Numbered from the stretch's first letter, positions 21,071-29,806 are shown. The stretch: DNA of 64,000 nucleotides from Planctomycetales bacterium (GCA_005239675.1 SBBO01000020.1:13627-77626), one strand, 5' to 3'. Notes: generated by a model not told the origin, from the sequence alone. Made by a program: numbers and translations.

Positions 21071-22516
21071 ATGGGTGACGTTACTGGTTTTATCAAATAC
21101 AGCAGAGAAGATCTTCACAAACAGTCCATTGTAGAGCGTCTCAAACATTGGAAGGAATTTTATGAGCCAATGCCCGAGGAGAATTTAAGAAATCAGGGCG
21201 CTCGATGCATGGATTGCGGCGTCCCCTTTTGCCAGGAAGGCTGTCCCATCGGCAATATTATCCCCGATTGGAACGATCTAGTCTTTCGTGATCGCTGGCG
21301 GGAGGCGATTGACCGTCTGCACAAGACCAACAATTTTCCTGAGTTTACCGGCCGTATTTGTCCGGCGCCCTGTGAGAATTCCTGCGTCTTGGGGATTAAC
21401 GCCCCGCCGGTTACGATAAAAAATATTGAAGTCTCCATTATTGAGAAGGCCTATCAAGAAGGGTGGGTTGAGCCTCAGCCACCCAAACAGAGGACGAGAA
21501 AGACTGTTGCCGTTATAGGCTCTGGCCCAGCAGGACTGGCCTGCGCTGATCAGTTGAATAAATTGGGTCACCGCGTGACTGTTTACGAAAAAAACGAGGT
21601 TTGTGGTGGATTACTCGTCTTAGGGATTCCGGATTTTAAATTAGAGAAGTGGGTTGTCGAGCGGCGCCTGAAGCGCATGGAGGCTGAAGGTGTTGTCTTC
21701 AAGACCAAGGTCCATGTTGGCGTGGATATTTCCGCCAAAGAGTTGCGCGCAAAATTTGATTCCATTGTCCTGTGCGGCGGGGCTGAAAGCCCCAGAGACT
21801 TGCCTGTTGAAGGAAGAGATCTTCAAGGGGTTTATTTTGCCATGGATTATTTGACTCAGCAAAATCGGATTAATAATGGCCACAAGGTTTCTCCTGGGGC
21901 TTGGGTGACAGCTAAAGGCAAAAAAGTCATTGTCCTGGGAGGCGGTGATACGGGCTCAGATTGCATCGGCACGGCTAATCGGCAGGGGGCCTTCTCGGTG
22001 GTGAATTTCGAGTTGTTGCCACGCCCACCCAAGGAACGTAGCCAAGATAACCCGTGGCCGAACTGGGCCTTGATCGAGAGGACCTCCACCTCCCATGAGG
22101 AGGGTGTCCAGCGTGATTACGCGATCATGACCAAGAAATTGACTGGAGAAAATGGCCAATTAAAGAAACTACATGCGGTGCGCTTGGCCTTTGGTCCCAA
22201 GGATCCTGTGACGGGACGTAGTCCCATGCAAGAAATCGCTGGTTCACAATTTGAACTAGAGGTCGATTTATTGCTTCTGGCCTTGGGCTTTCTGGGACCG
22301 GTTAAGAATGGAATGATTGAAGAACTGGGTGTGGAATTGGATCACCGCGGGAATGTGAAGGCAGATAAGAATAAGATGACAAGTATCCCGGGAATTTTTA
22401 CCGCGGGCGACATGACCCGTGGGCAATCGCTTGTCGTTTGGGCTATCCACGAGGGCCGCGCCGCTGCGCAAGGCACGCATAACTATTTGATGAAATCTGT
22501 TGTAAGTTGTTCCTAG
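21071..22516 (+). CDS. gltD: Glutamate synthase small subunit (start probably ATG 21071)
   Basis: RCMDCGVPFC..GCP, GSGPAG, GGGDTGSDC, GDMTRGQSLVVWAI. Confidence 0.97.
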   Translation: MGDVTGFIKYSREDLHKQSIVERLKHWKEFYEPMPEENLRNQGARCMDCGVPFCQEGCPIGNIIPDWNDLVFRDRWREAIDRLHKTNNFPEFTGRICPAPCENSCVLGINAPPVTIKNIEVSIIEKAYQEGWVEPQPPKQRTRKTVAVIGSGPAGLACADQLNKLGHRVTVYEKNEVCGGLLVLGIPDFKLEKWVVERRLKRMEAEGVVFKTKVHVGVDISAKELRAKFDSIVLCGGAESPRDLPVEGRDLQGVYFAMDYLTQQNRINNGHKVSPGAWVTAKGKKVIVLGGGDTGSDCIGTANRQGAFSVVNFELLPRPPKERSQDNPWPNWALIERTSTSHEEGVQRDYAIMTKKLTGENGQLKKLHAVRLAFGPKDPVTGRSPMQEIAGSQFELEVDLLLLALGFLGPVKNGMIEELGVELDHRGNVKADKNKMTSIPGIFTAGDMTRGQSLVVWAIHEGRAAAQGTHNYLMKSVVSCS

Positions 22517-22530
22517 CTCTTCGTTTTATC

Positions 22531-22629
22531 ATGCTAAGAAAGATGGAATTTGTAGAAAAAGTTGGTGAAGGGTCTTTTTATAATACGGTCGACGATGCCT
22601 TGGAATTTGCACGCAAATTTGTTTCATAA
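22531..22629 (+). pseudogene. Remnant resembling the C-terminus of a SulP-type STAS domain
   Basis: Translates MLRKMEFVEKVGEGSFYNTVDDALEFARKFVS*, similar to STAS C-terminal helices (recognised by eye). Confidence 0.5.
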
Positions 22630-22781
22630 TATCATTTATCAGTGCCTTAACTGGCCCCCAAAATTTTGGGAGAATCCTGCTTGCCTTGACTCTTTTCACT
22701 GGAATTTACGTCTTGTAACAAAGTCTTAAAAAACGTCAAAACCGACTTCCCGCCATTCTTTTTTTATTTCTTTTTCCGGTA

Positions 22782-23456
22782 GTGCTCTTTCAAGGATGTT
22801 CGTTTTTATATATTGGACGGGTTCCTTACGATCAAAAATCTTTTGAGCAGATCCGGCCTCAGGCCCGATTCAGAATTCTATTTTTGGGAGATAGCACGGC
22901 GGTCGGGACCGGATCAGGGGATGGCCGCACTTCGGTTGCAGGATGGTTTGCGCAAGACTTTCCTGCGGCCCACATTATCAACCGTGCGCAGAATGGTTAT
23001 CGTTTGAAGGATATCTTGAAACAACTCGAGAAGGAGCAGTTTGACCACTATAATCTCGTTGTGATTCAAGCCGGAGCTAATGACATATTGCGCTTTACCT
23101 CTTTAAGATCAATTCAATGTAGCTTGGAAGAAATTATTAAGAGAGCAGAGAAAATTGGTGATGATGTGGTTGTGTTGCATTCCGGGGATATAGGAACAGC
23201 GCCAATATTCTGGTGGCCTCTCAAATGGTTTTATTCTTTGAAGACAAAAGCGGTCAGAAAAATTTATCTCGAGGCGGAAAAAAATACGGAAATCCACTAT
23301 GTTGATCTTTATGGCACAAAAGTGGATGAAATTTTTTTAGATAATAAGAAAAAATATTATTCCGATGATTATCTTCATCTAACTGGAGAAGGCTACCGGG
23401 CTTGGTATCAAGCGATTCGTGATGAGTTAAAAGAGGCAGGGGCGCTGGAGAATTAG
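22782..23456 (+). CDS. SGNH/GDSL hydrolase, probable lipoprotein whose start codon is unclear
   Basis: FLGDST, QAGAND, DYLHL motifs; LFQGC lipobox. Confidence 0.85.
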   Translation: MLFQGCSFLYIGRVPYDQKSFEQIRPQARFRILFLGDSTAVGTGSGDGRTSVAGWFAQDFPAAHIINRAQNGYRLKDILKQLEKEQFDHYNLVVIQAGANDILRFTSLRSIQCSLEEIIKRAEKIGDDVVVLHSGDIGTAPIFWWPLKWFYSLKTKAVRKIYLEAEKNTEIHYVDLYGTKVDEIFLDNKKKYYSDDYLHLTGEGYRAWYQAIRDELKEAGALEN

Positions 23457-23535
23457 TAAAAAAGGTTCCCATGCCAAGTGTCATTGTTCCAATTTATAAT
23501 AAATAAATTATTCCTTCAAAGAACAAGTAGAAAAC

Positions 23536-23721
23536 ATGGAAATAAGATCCATTATCCGATGTCCTCACTGTGGTTTTGAAAAAGAAGAAGCCATGCCCAT
23601 GGCTTCCTGCCAATTTTTCTATCAATGCACTCAATGTGGAGAAAGGTTGAGACCGAAAGAAGGGGATTGTTGTGTGTTTTGTTCTTACGGCACAGTCAAA
23701 TGTCCTTCAAAACAGCATTGA
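23536..23721 (+). CDS. Small Cys-rich GDCCVxC-domain metal-binding protein
   Basis: CPHCG..MP...CQFFYQC..CG..LRPKEGDCCVFCSYG..KCP pattern. Confidence 0.85.
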   Translation: MEIRSIIRCPHCGFEKEEAMPMASCQFFYQCTQCGERLRPKEGDCCVFCSYGTVKCPSKQH

Positions 23722-23766
23722 ATATAGATGTATAGGCAAAATGAGTGGTTGCTAATAAACAGGAGC

Positions 23767-24083
23767 CAATGTATTCTTTAGTTGAAATTTGACAGGGTTC
23801 ATAAAGATTTGACCTCTGGTTGCTTCGATATCCAACGATCTCCAACAAGAACAGGCTGTGAGACGTTGGATTTTTTGACGCTTGATGACTTATTGTAACT
23901 CTCGAGAATTTTGCTCATAACCGCCTGACGTCTTTTGCTAACTTTTATCTTGGCTTTTCCTCGGTTCTTTGTTAATCTGTGTACTGCAGGCAGATGGTTC
24001 CTCCTTTGTTTTAGGGTTTGGTCACCTTTATTTTAGGAGAACCCTGCCTGTTTTTTATCTAATTTCAACTAAAATTAGCATTC
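23767..24083 (-). mobile_element. MITE-like non-autonomous element with imperfect 28-bp terminal inverted repeats
   Basis: CAATGTATTCTTTAGTTGAAATTTGACA versus reverse complement of the right end GAATGCTAATTTTAGTTGAAATTAGATA (13-bp perfect core); 13-bp flanks match 9/13; internal SD-sequestering hairpin; no transposase. Confidence 0.6.
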
Positions 24084-24130
24084 AATCGGCAAGAGCAAAT
24101 AAAAGACGTTAAAATTAAAAATTGGGAGTC

Positions 24131-24221
24131 GGCAGCGCGATGAAATGGCATCGGCTATTTTATCTGGCGAATAGCCCTCCCTCGTTGGCGACCACAGGGT
24201 TCAACTCCCCACCGTTCTGTC
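24131..24221 (+). ncRNA. tRNA-like (cloverleaf mimic) RNA upstream of the SPFH gene
   Basis: D-arm GATG-AAATGG-CATC, stem GGCTATT/AATAGCC with a 10-nt loop, T-arm GGG-TTCAACT-CCC, weak acceptor GGCAG/CTGTC. Confidence 0.55.
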
Positions 24222-24299
24222 TTAAGGAAACTGCTTTTCAGGAAAGCAGTCTTGCAGGTGAAAAACCTCCGCTGCGATTCTGAGGTTTCCTTAAGACAG
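24217..24299. repeat. 83-nt palindromic element with a perfect 15-bp stem and internal hairpins
   Basis: CTGTCTTAAGGAAAC / GTTTCCTTAAGACAG enclosing ACTGCTTT-TCAGG-AAAGCAGT and AGGT-GAAAA-ACCT. Confidence 0.8.
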
Positions 24300-24321
24300 G
24301 ACATATTTTAAGTAGGACACA

Positions 24322-25047
24322 ATGTCAATATTTATCATTATTATCGGTATTATCGTCGGCTGGATTGGAATACTTTATTTGATTTCCAAGTATTTCACAA
24401 CAATTTTCGAATTTGAAAGGGGCCTAAAGTATCGTAAGGGCAAATTTGTTGAGATTTTGGGGCCAGGCCGTTATTGGATATTCTCGCGAAGTACAACGAT
24501 AAGTAAAATTGATGTCCGGCCGAAAGTCATTTCTGTTCCCGGCCAAGAGGTTTTAAGCGCTGATAGCGTGACTCTAAAGGTCAGTGTTACGGCAAAATAT
24601 GAAATTATTGATCCGAATTTGGCTGTTAACAAGATCGAGAATTATATAGAGGCGTTCTACGCGACTGTTCAACTGGCACTTCGTGATATTATCGGATCGT
24701 TAAAAATTGATGAAATTTTAGAACAGCGACCCACTTTGAATCAAAAACTCATGGAGATAACATCAAAGAGTGTCGGGGAATTAGGAATAAAAATTCACTT
24801 GATCGGGGTTAAGGACATCATGTTTCCTGGAGAATTGAAGAAAATATTTGCGAAAGTTGTGGAAGCACAAAAAGAAGGACTGGCCGCATTAGAGCGAGCT
24901 CGGGGTGAAACTGCATCACTAAGAAGCTTAGCCAATGTCGCTAAAATGCTGGATGACAATCCCGCCTTAATGCAATTAAGGGCATTACAGTCTCCAGGGA
25001 ATACTGTCGTTCTTGGGGTTCCCGGCTCTGTTAAGAAGGAAGATTAA
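24322..25047 (+). CDS. SPFH/band-7 (slipin/stomatin-like) membrane protein
   Basis: N-terminal TM, ERGL...G, GQEVLSADSV, LERARGE.ASLRSLAN, LMQLRALQ. Confidence 0.9.
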   Translation: MSIFIIIIGIIVGWIGILYLISKYFTTIFEFERGLKYRKGKFVEILGPGRYWIFSRSTTISKIDVRPKVISVPGQEVLSADSVTLKVSVTAKYEIIDPNLAVNKIENYIEAFYATVQLALRDIIGSLKIDEILEQRPTLNQKLMEITSKSVGELGIKIHLIGVKDIMFPGELKKIFAKVVEAQKEGLAALERARGETASLRSLANVAKMLDDNPALMQLRALQSPGNTVVLGVPGSVKKED

Positions 25048-25121
25048 TGGAACAAGATAAGAAAAAAGTCTACCTCCAGACCTGGCAAGACCACACAATT
25101 CTCAAAGGACGCAAATCATAA
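25047..25121 (+). pseudogene. 24-aa mini-ORF resembling a truncated MiaB N-terminus
   Basis: MEQDKKKVYLQTW... versus adjacent MiaB QYDKKRVFVETYGC; overlaps the SPFH stop and abuts the miaB ATG. Confidence 0.5.
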
Positions 25122-26474
25122 ATGATTGATATCCAATACGATAAAAAGAGGGTGTTTGTTGAGACCTACGGCTGTCAAATGAATGTCTACGATACCGAAT
25201 TGGTACGTTCCATTCTGCTAAAGGCAGGCTATAGCTTTGTTGCCAAGGAACAGGAAGCGGATATTGCGCTTTTGAACACCTGTGCTATCCGAGAGCATGC
25301 GCATCAGAAAGTCTACAACCGCATCCATGAGATCAGGCGTTGTCATCAGGGCAAGTCGGTTGTGATCGGGGTCTTGGGTTGTATGGCGACCAATTTACGC
25401 ACCGACCTCTTGGAGAACCGTAGGCTCAACATTGATTTTATTGCTGGACCAGATTCGTATAAGAGGCTCCCTGAGTTGATTGCTCAATGCGTAAACGACG
25501 AGAAACAATGGACAGGAGATAAGCGGCGTAAGGCCTACGATGTGAGGCTTTCAGAATTTGAGACGTACGCGGACGTTTATCCTGAGCGTCCTGGGGGTGT
25601 CAACGCATGGTTAGCCGTCATGCGTGGGTGCAACAATTTTTGTACGTTTTGCGTGGTGCCCTACACGCGCGGCCGTGAGCGCAGCCGTGCACCGGAGAAT
25701 GTGGTTGCCGAGGTCAGGCGCCTGGGTCAAGAAGGATTTAAGCAGGTAACCCTTTTAGGCCAGAACGTCAATAGTTACTATTATCAAGGGCATGATTTCG
25801 CTGATCTGATCGAGGAGGTGAGCAGGGTAGAGACAATCGAACGCATCCGGTTTACATCCCCGCACCCCAAGGATTTCCCGGAAAAACTCTTGAATGTCAT
25901 TGCTCGTCATCCGAAGATCTGCAAGCACATCCATCTACCTGTGCAATCCGGCAGCAATCGCATCCTTGAACGAATGGGGCGCACCTACACGCGCGAGGAT
26001 TTTCTGGAGCTGGTTGCTAAAATCCAGCGTATCATCCCGGGTGTTGCGCTCTCAACAGATGTCATTGTCGGCTTCTGCGCAGAAACCGACGCAGACTTTG
26101 AGGACACATTGAGTCTGATGCGGGAGGTAGAATTCGATTCCGCATTTACCTTTAAATATTCCCAGCGTAAAGGCACGATAGCCTCCCGTCAATACAAAGA
26201 CGACGTGTTCGAGGCCATTAAGACCGAACGTATCGTCTCTTTAAACGCACTGCAGAAAGAGATTTCCTTAAAGAAAAACCGTGCGTATATTAGCCATTGT
26301 CACGAAATTCTCATTGAAAACAAAGGCAACAAGCATTCGCCGGATATCCTTTATGGCCGTACCGATGACAACAAGCTGGTGACGTTGGCTAGTGGTAATC
26401 ATGGTCTGGGCGAATTCGTGAAGGTACGTATAGTGGATGTCTCAGCTAACGTCTTGAAAGGGGTTGCAATTTAG
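25122..26474 (+). CDS. miaB: tRNA-i6A37 methylthiotransferase MiaB
   Basis: TYGCQMN, NTCAIRE, GCNNFCTFCVVPYTRG radical SAM motif, TRAM domain. Confidence 0.95.
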   Translation: MIDIQYDKKRVFVETYGCQMNVYDTELVRSILLKAGYSFVAKEQEADIALLNTCAIREHAHQKVYNRIHEIRRCHQGKSVVIGVLGCMATNLRTDLLENRRLNIDFIAGPDSYKRLPELIAQCVNDEKQWTGDKRRKAYDVRLSEFETYADVYPERPGGVNAWLAVMRGCNNFCTFCVVPYTRGRERSRAPENVVAEVRRLGQEGFKQVTLLGQNVNSYYYQGHDFADLIEEVSRVETIERIRFTSPHPKDFPEKLLNVIARHPKICKHIHLPVQSGSNRILERMGRTYTREDFLELVAKIQRIIPGVALSTDVIVGFCAETDADFEDTLSLMREVEFDSAFTFKYSQRKGTIASRQYKDDVFEAIKTERIVSLNALQKEISLKKNRAYISHCHEILIENKGNKHSPDILYGRTDDNKLVTLASGNHGLGEFVKVRIVDVSANVLKGVAI

Positions 26475-26492
26475 TATAAAATAATGTATATA
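26464..26492 (+). promoter_or_regulatory. Putative sigma70 promoter for nadA
   Basis: TTGCAA-17 nt-TATATA. Confidence 0.45.
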
Positions 26493-26568
26493 TTTGATCT
26501 AAACTCGCAATTCGAAAGGATCTCTCTGGGTGCCACGCTAAGACAAGGGAGAGGTCATACCAATACTG

Positions 26569-27600
26569 ATGATTACTACCCATCATATAACTCCCGAGGA
26601 ACTTTACGAGTCCTTAAAGACTATTAAGGTCGGGGGTACGGCCTGCCATTATTCTCTCAAGAAATGTGCGGAGCTTGTTCCTACGATCAACGCCATCAAT
26701 GAATTGAAAGAAGAAAAGAATGCCGTCATCCTTGTTCATTCCTACGTCAGTCCTGAGATTGTCTATGGTGTCGCAGATTATGTGGGCGATTCCTACGCCT
26801 TAAGTAAGAACGCGATGGAGACTGATGCCGATGTGATCGTCTTTGCCGCAGTGCGTTTTATGGGTGAGACAGCGAAAGTCATGAACCCACACAAAGAGGT
26901 CCTAATCCCGACCGCATTGGATGGTTGTACCTTGGCTGATTCGATCGATGCCGCCACCGTGCGCCGCTTGCGCCAGCAATTCCCGGATTATACTTTTGTT
27001 TGTTACATCAACACGACCGCTGAGGTCAAATCCGAGTGCGATGTGTGCGTTACATCGGCCAATGTGTACAACGTGGTCGAACGCATCCCTAATGATAAGA
27101 TTTATTTTTTGCCCGATAAATTAATGGGACAGAATCTCGTCAACGCCATGTATGCCCTCGGCGTGCATAAGACAATCAGTTATTATACCGGCACCTGCTA
27201 TGTCCATGAGGAATATAACACAGAGCAGATCTTCCGTATACGCACTGAATACCCCAACGTCAAGGTCGTCAGCCATCCGGAATGTAACCCAGCCGTCGTT
27301 GCCCACTCGGATTTTGTTGGTTCAACCGCCCAGATGCTCGCTTATATGCGGGAAACGGAATCTAGGGAATTCTTGATGCTGACCGAGTGCGGACTTTCTT
27401 CACGGTTGCAAAAAGAATTCCCTAACAAAAAGCTCGTTGGCACCTGCACGCTCTGTCGCTACATGAAGTCTAATACTCTCGATGATATCCTCCGTGTCCT
27501 TAAAGATCCCGCGCCTGCCGACCGCGTTGTCATTGCACCAGATATATGCCAACGCGCCGCCCGCTCTATCGAGGCGATGTTCCAATACAGCCGCTCGTAG
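26569..27600 (+). CDS. nadA: Quinolinate synthase
   Basis: ILVHSY, GDSY, FMGETAK, GCTLAD, YINT, CYVH, SHPEC, CRYMK. Confidence 0.95.
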   Translation: MITTHHITPEELYESLKTIKVGGTACHYSLKKCAELVPTINAINELKEEKNAVILVHSYVSPEIVYGVADYVGDSYALSKNAMETDADVIVFAAVRFMGETAKVMNPHKEVLIPTALDGCTLADSIDAATVRRLRQQFPDYTFVCYINTTAEVKSECDVCVTSANVYNVVERIPNDKIYFLPDKLMGQNLVNAMYALGVHKTISYYTGTCYVHEEYNTEQIFRIRTEYPNVKVVSHPECNPAVVAHSDFVGSTAQMLAYMRETESREFLMLTECGLSSRLQKEFPNKKLVGTCTLCRYMKSNTLDDILRVLKDPAPADRVVIAPDICQRAARSIEAMFQYSRS

Positions 27601-27608
27601 TCCCTATC

Positions 27609-29147
27609 TCATCTACACCAATTTTGCCTGTCTAGACTTCGGTATTGGATTGCCTCTGCAAGATGGTTGGTTTGGATTTTTGGCGATTTAGCCAAGTCGG
27701 CAATTGTTCGCGCGACTTTCAATATTTTATCGTAGGCGCGGGCAGAGAGACTGAGCTCATCAATGGCCATCCGAATCAGTTTTTTGCCTTCCCCATCGAG
27801 GGAACAATAATATTTGATCTGGCGATGGTTCATGTAGGCGTTGGCGCAAATGCCAGTATCTCTGAACCGTTCCTGTTGGATTTCTCTGGCCTGCACCGTT
27901 CGTTTTTTGATACAAGGGGATGACTCGGCCTGTGGATTACCTATCATTATCTCGGTTGAGGAAAGGGCTGGGACTTCCAGATGAAGGTCAATGCGGTCTA
28001 AGAGTGGTCCGGAGATTTTGGACAGGTATTTTCTAATCTGGTGTGTAGAGCATGTACAACGGTGCTGCGGGTCCGATAGAAAGCCGCAGCAGCATGGGTT
28101 CATAGAACAGGCCAGCAGGAACCGTGACGGAAACTGCAACGTTTTGTTAGCACGCGAGATAAGGACATGATGGTCTTCCAGTGGTTGGCGCATGGCCTCT
28201 AAGACCTCCCGGTTGAATTCGGGCAGTTCATCTAGGAAGAGGACACCATTGTGCGCCAAGGTGACCTCTCCTGGCTTGGGATATGTCCCACCACCAACGA
28301 TGGCTGGGGCAGAGGTTGTATGGTGTGGCGCGCGAAATGGCCGGGTTGCCATAAGACCGTTATTGGTCTTGAGGATACCAGCAATGGAATGGATCTTGGT
28401 TGCTTCTAATGCCTCTTGCTGTGTCATATCCGGTAATATCGCGGGGAGTCGCTTGGCCAGCATGCTTTTTCCGCTTCCTGGAGGCCCAATAAGAAGGACG
28501 TTATGACTTCCTGCGGCAGCAACCTCGAGCCCGCGCTTGACAAATACTTGCCCTTTGACATCGCTAAAATCAGCATCATAACAAGGCGGACTAGAAGATA
28601 GGGTGGTTTTATCTGCGATGATGGCAGGCAGTGCAGCGGGGTTGTTCAAGAAATAAACGACCTGGCAGAGGTTTTGGACAGGATAAACGGGGATGTGTCC
28701 CGTAATCGCAGCCTCTTTTGCGTTATTTTGGGGAACAATTAGCCCTGCATACTGGTCCGGCGGGATCGACAAGGCTATGGCCAAGACCCCCTTGATGGGC
28801 TTAATATCACCGTTAAGGGACAATTCCCCTAAAATTACGTATTGACTGAATCTATTCATGGGGATCTGTTCACTTGCCGCCAAGATGCCCAGGGCAATGG
28901 GGAGATCAAAAGACGGACCTTCTTTCTTGGTATCGGCAGGAGAGAGATTGATCGTGAGCCGTTTGGGACCGAATTTATAGCCGCTATTCTTGATGGCGGC
29001 ACGGACACGTTCCCGGCTTTCCCGGATGGCATTATCCGGAAGACCAACGATAATAGTGGCAGGAAGGCCCTGGGCCGCGTCAGCTTCGATCGTGACGGGA
29101 TATGCCTCTAGCCCGTTAATTCCCCAGCTGTGAACTTTGGCTAAGAT
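27609..29147 (-). CDS. comM: ComM/YifB Mg-chelatase-like AAA+ ATPase; frame extends to an ATC at 29147
   Basis: VGLPD..IRESRERV, INLSPAD..KEG..FDLPIA, GPPGSGKS, PFRAPHH, LFLDELPEF. Confidence 0.92.
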   Translation of the reverse strand: MLAKVHSWGINGLEAYPVTIEADAAQGLPATIIVGLPDNAIRESRERVRAAIKNSGYKFGPKRLTINLSPADTKKEGPSFDLPIALGILAASEQIPMNRFSQYVILGELSLNGDIKPIKGVLAIALSIPPDQYAGLIVPQNNAKEAAITGHIPVYPVQNLCQVVYFLNNPAALPAIIADKTTLSSSPPCYDADFSDVKGQVFVKRGLEVAAAGSHNVLLIGPPGSGKSMLAKRLPAILPDMTQQEALEATKIHSIAGILKTNNGLMATRPFRAPHHTTSAPAIVGGGTYPKPGEVTLAHNGVLFLDELPEFNREVLEAMRQPLEDHHVLISRANKTLQFPSRFLLACSMNPCCCGFLSDPQHRCTCSTHQIRKYLSKISGPLLDRIDLHLEVPALSSTEIMIGNPQAESSPCIKKRTVQAREIQQERFRDTGICANAYMNHRQIKYYCSLDGEGKKLIRMAIDELSLSARAYDKILKVARTIADLAKSPKIQTNHLAEAIQYRSLDRQNWCR

Positions 29148-29325
29148 ATTCGTACCTCGTTATATCTCGATACGATCTACGTGATATGTTATGTGTTAGG
29201 GTAAGGTGGTTGCAGGGAGGGGGAAAGACCTTGCTTTTTTGACCTTCACGATTATAATGTACCTTATCACAAAACCTTTGAAGCGTCAATGTCTTTATTT
29301 CTTAGGATTTATTTCTAAGGGAAAT

Positions 29326-29769
29326 ATGAATTCTGTCTTCCAAAACAAGGTATTATTCATTACTCTCTTGGTTTGGGCCTTAACGCAGGGCGTCAAGGTG
29401 GCCTTGGGGGTCATCCGGGAGAAGAGGTTTAATTTTAAGTGGTTTATTGGGACTGGTGGAATGCCCTCTAGCCATGCGGCTGGCGCAACCGCTTTAGCCA
29501 CAACGACCGGTCTGCACACTGGTTTTGATTCGATCTTCTTTGCCCTGGCGGTCATCTTTGCCTTGGTGACGATGTTTGATGCCCAGGGTGTGCGCCGTTC
29601 AGCCGGGCAACAGGCCGTCATCCTCAATCAAATGATGGATGAGATGTACTGGAAAAGGAAGTTCGAGACGGAACGCCTGATAGAGCTGATAGGGCATACC
29701 CCTTTACAGGTTATTGTGGGCGCTATTTTCGGTCTTGTCTTATCGTGTCTTCTGTATGAAAGCTTATAA
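29326..29769 (+). CDS. Divergent PAP2 / DUF212 membrane protein (start reassigned to ATG 29326)
   Basis: TGGMPSSH, MFDAQGVRR.AG.QA, GHTP motifs. Confidence 0.9.
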   Translation: MNSVFQNKVLFITLLVWALTQGVKVALGVIREKRFNFKWFIGTGGMPSSHAAGATALATTTGLHTGFDSIFFALAVIFALVTMFDAQGVRRSAGQQAVILNQMMDEMYWKRKFETERLIELIGHTPLQVIVGAIFGLVLSCLLYESL

Positions 29770-29806
29770 TCATGTAGTTTAATCAACGCCAAGGAGATAG
29801 ATTTTT

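Noticed and set aside
23536-23721. Selenoprotein read-through
   Set aside because: All Cys positions are TGT/TGC, and the TGA falls at the normal family C-terminus.
24131-24221. Functional tRNA or tRNA-Sec
   Set aside because: 10-nt anticodon loop, 3-bp T-stem, broken acceptor stem and no CCA.
26493-26568. NAD+-I (nadA) riboswitch
   Set aside because: No match to the motif as I know it.
28842-29111. Listed 89-aa and 63-aa ORFs upstream of the called comM start
   Set aside because: They are shadows of the true comM N-terminal extension.
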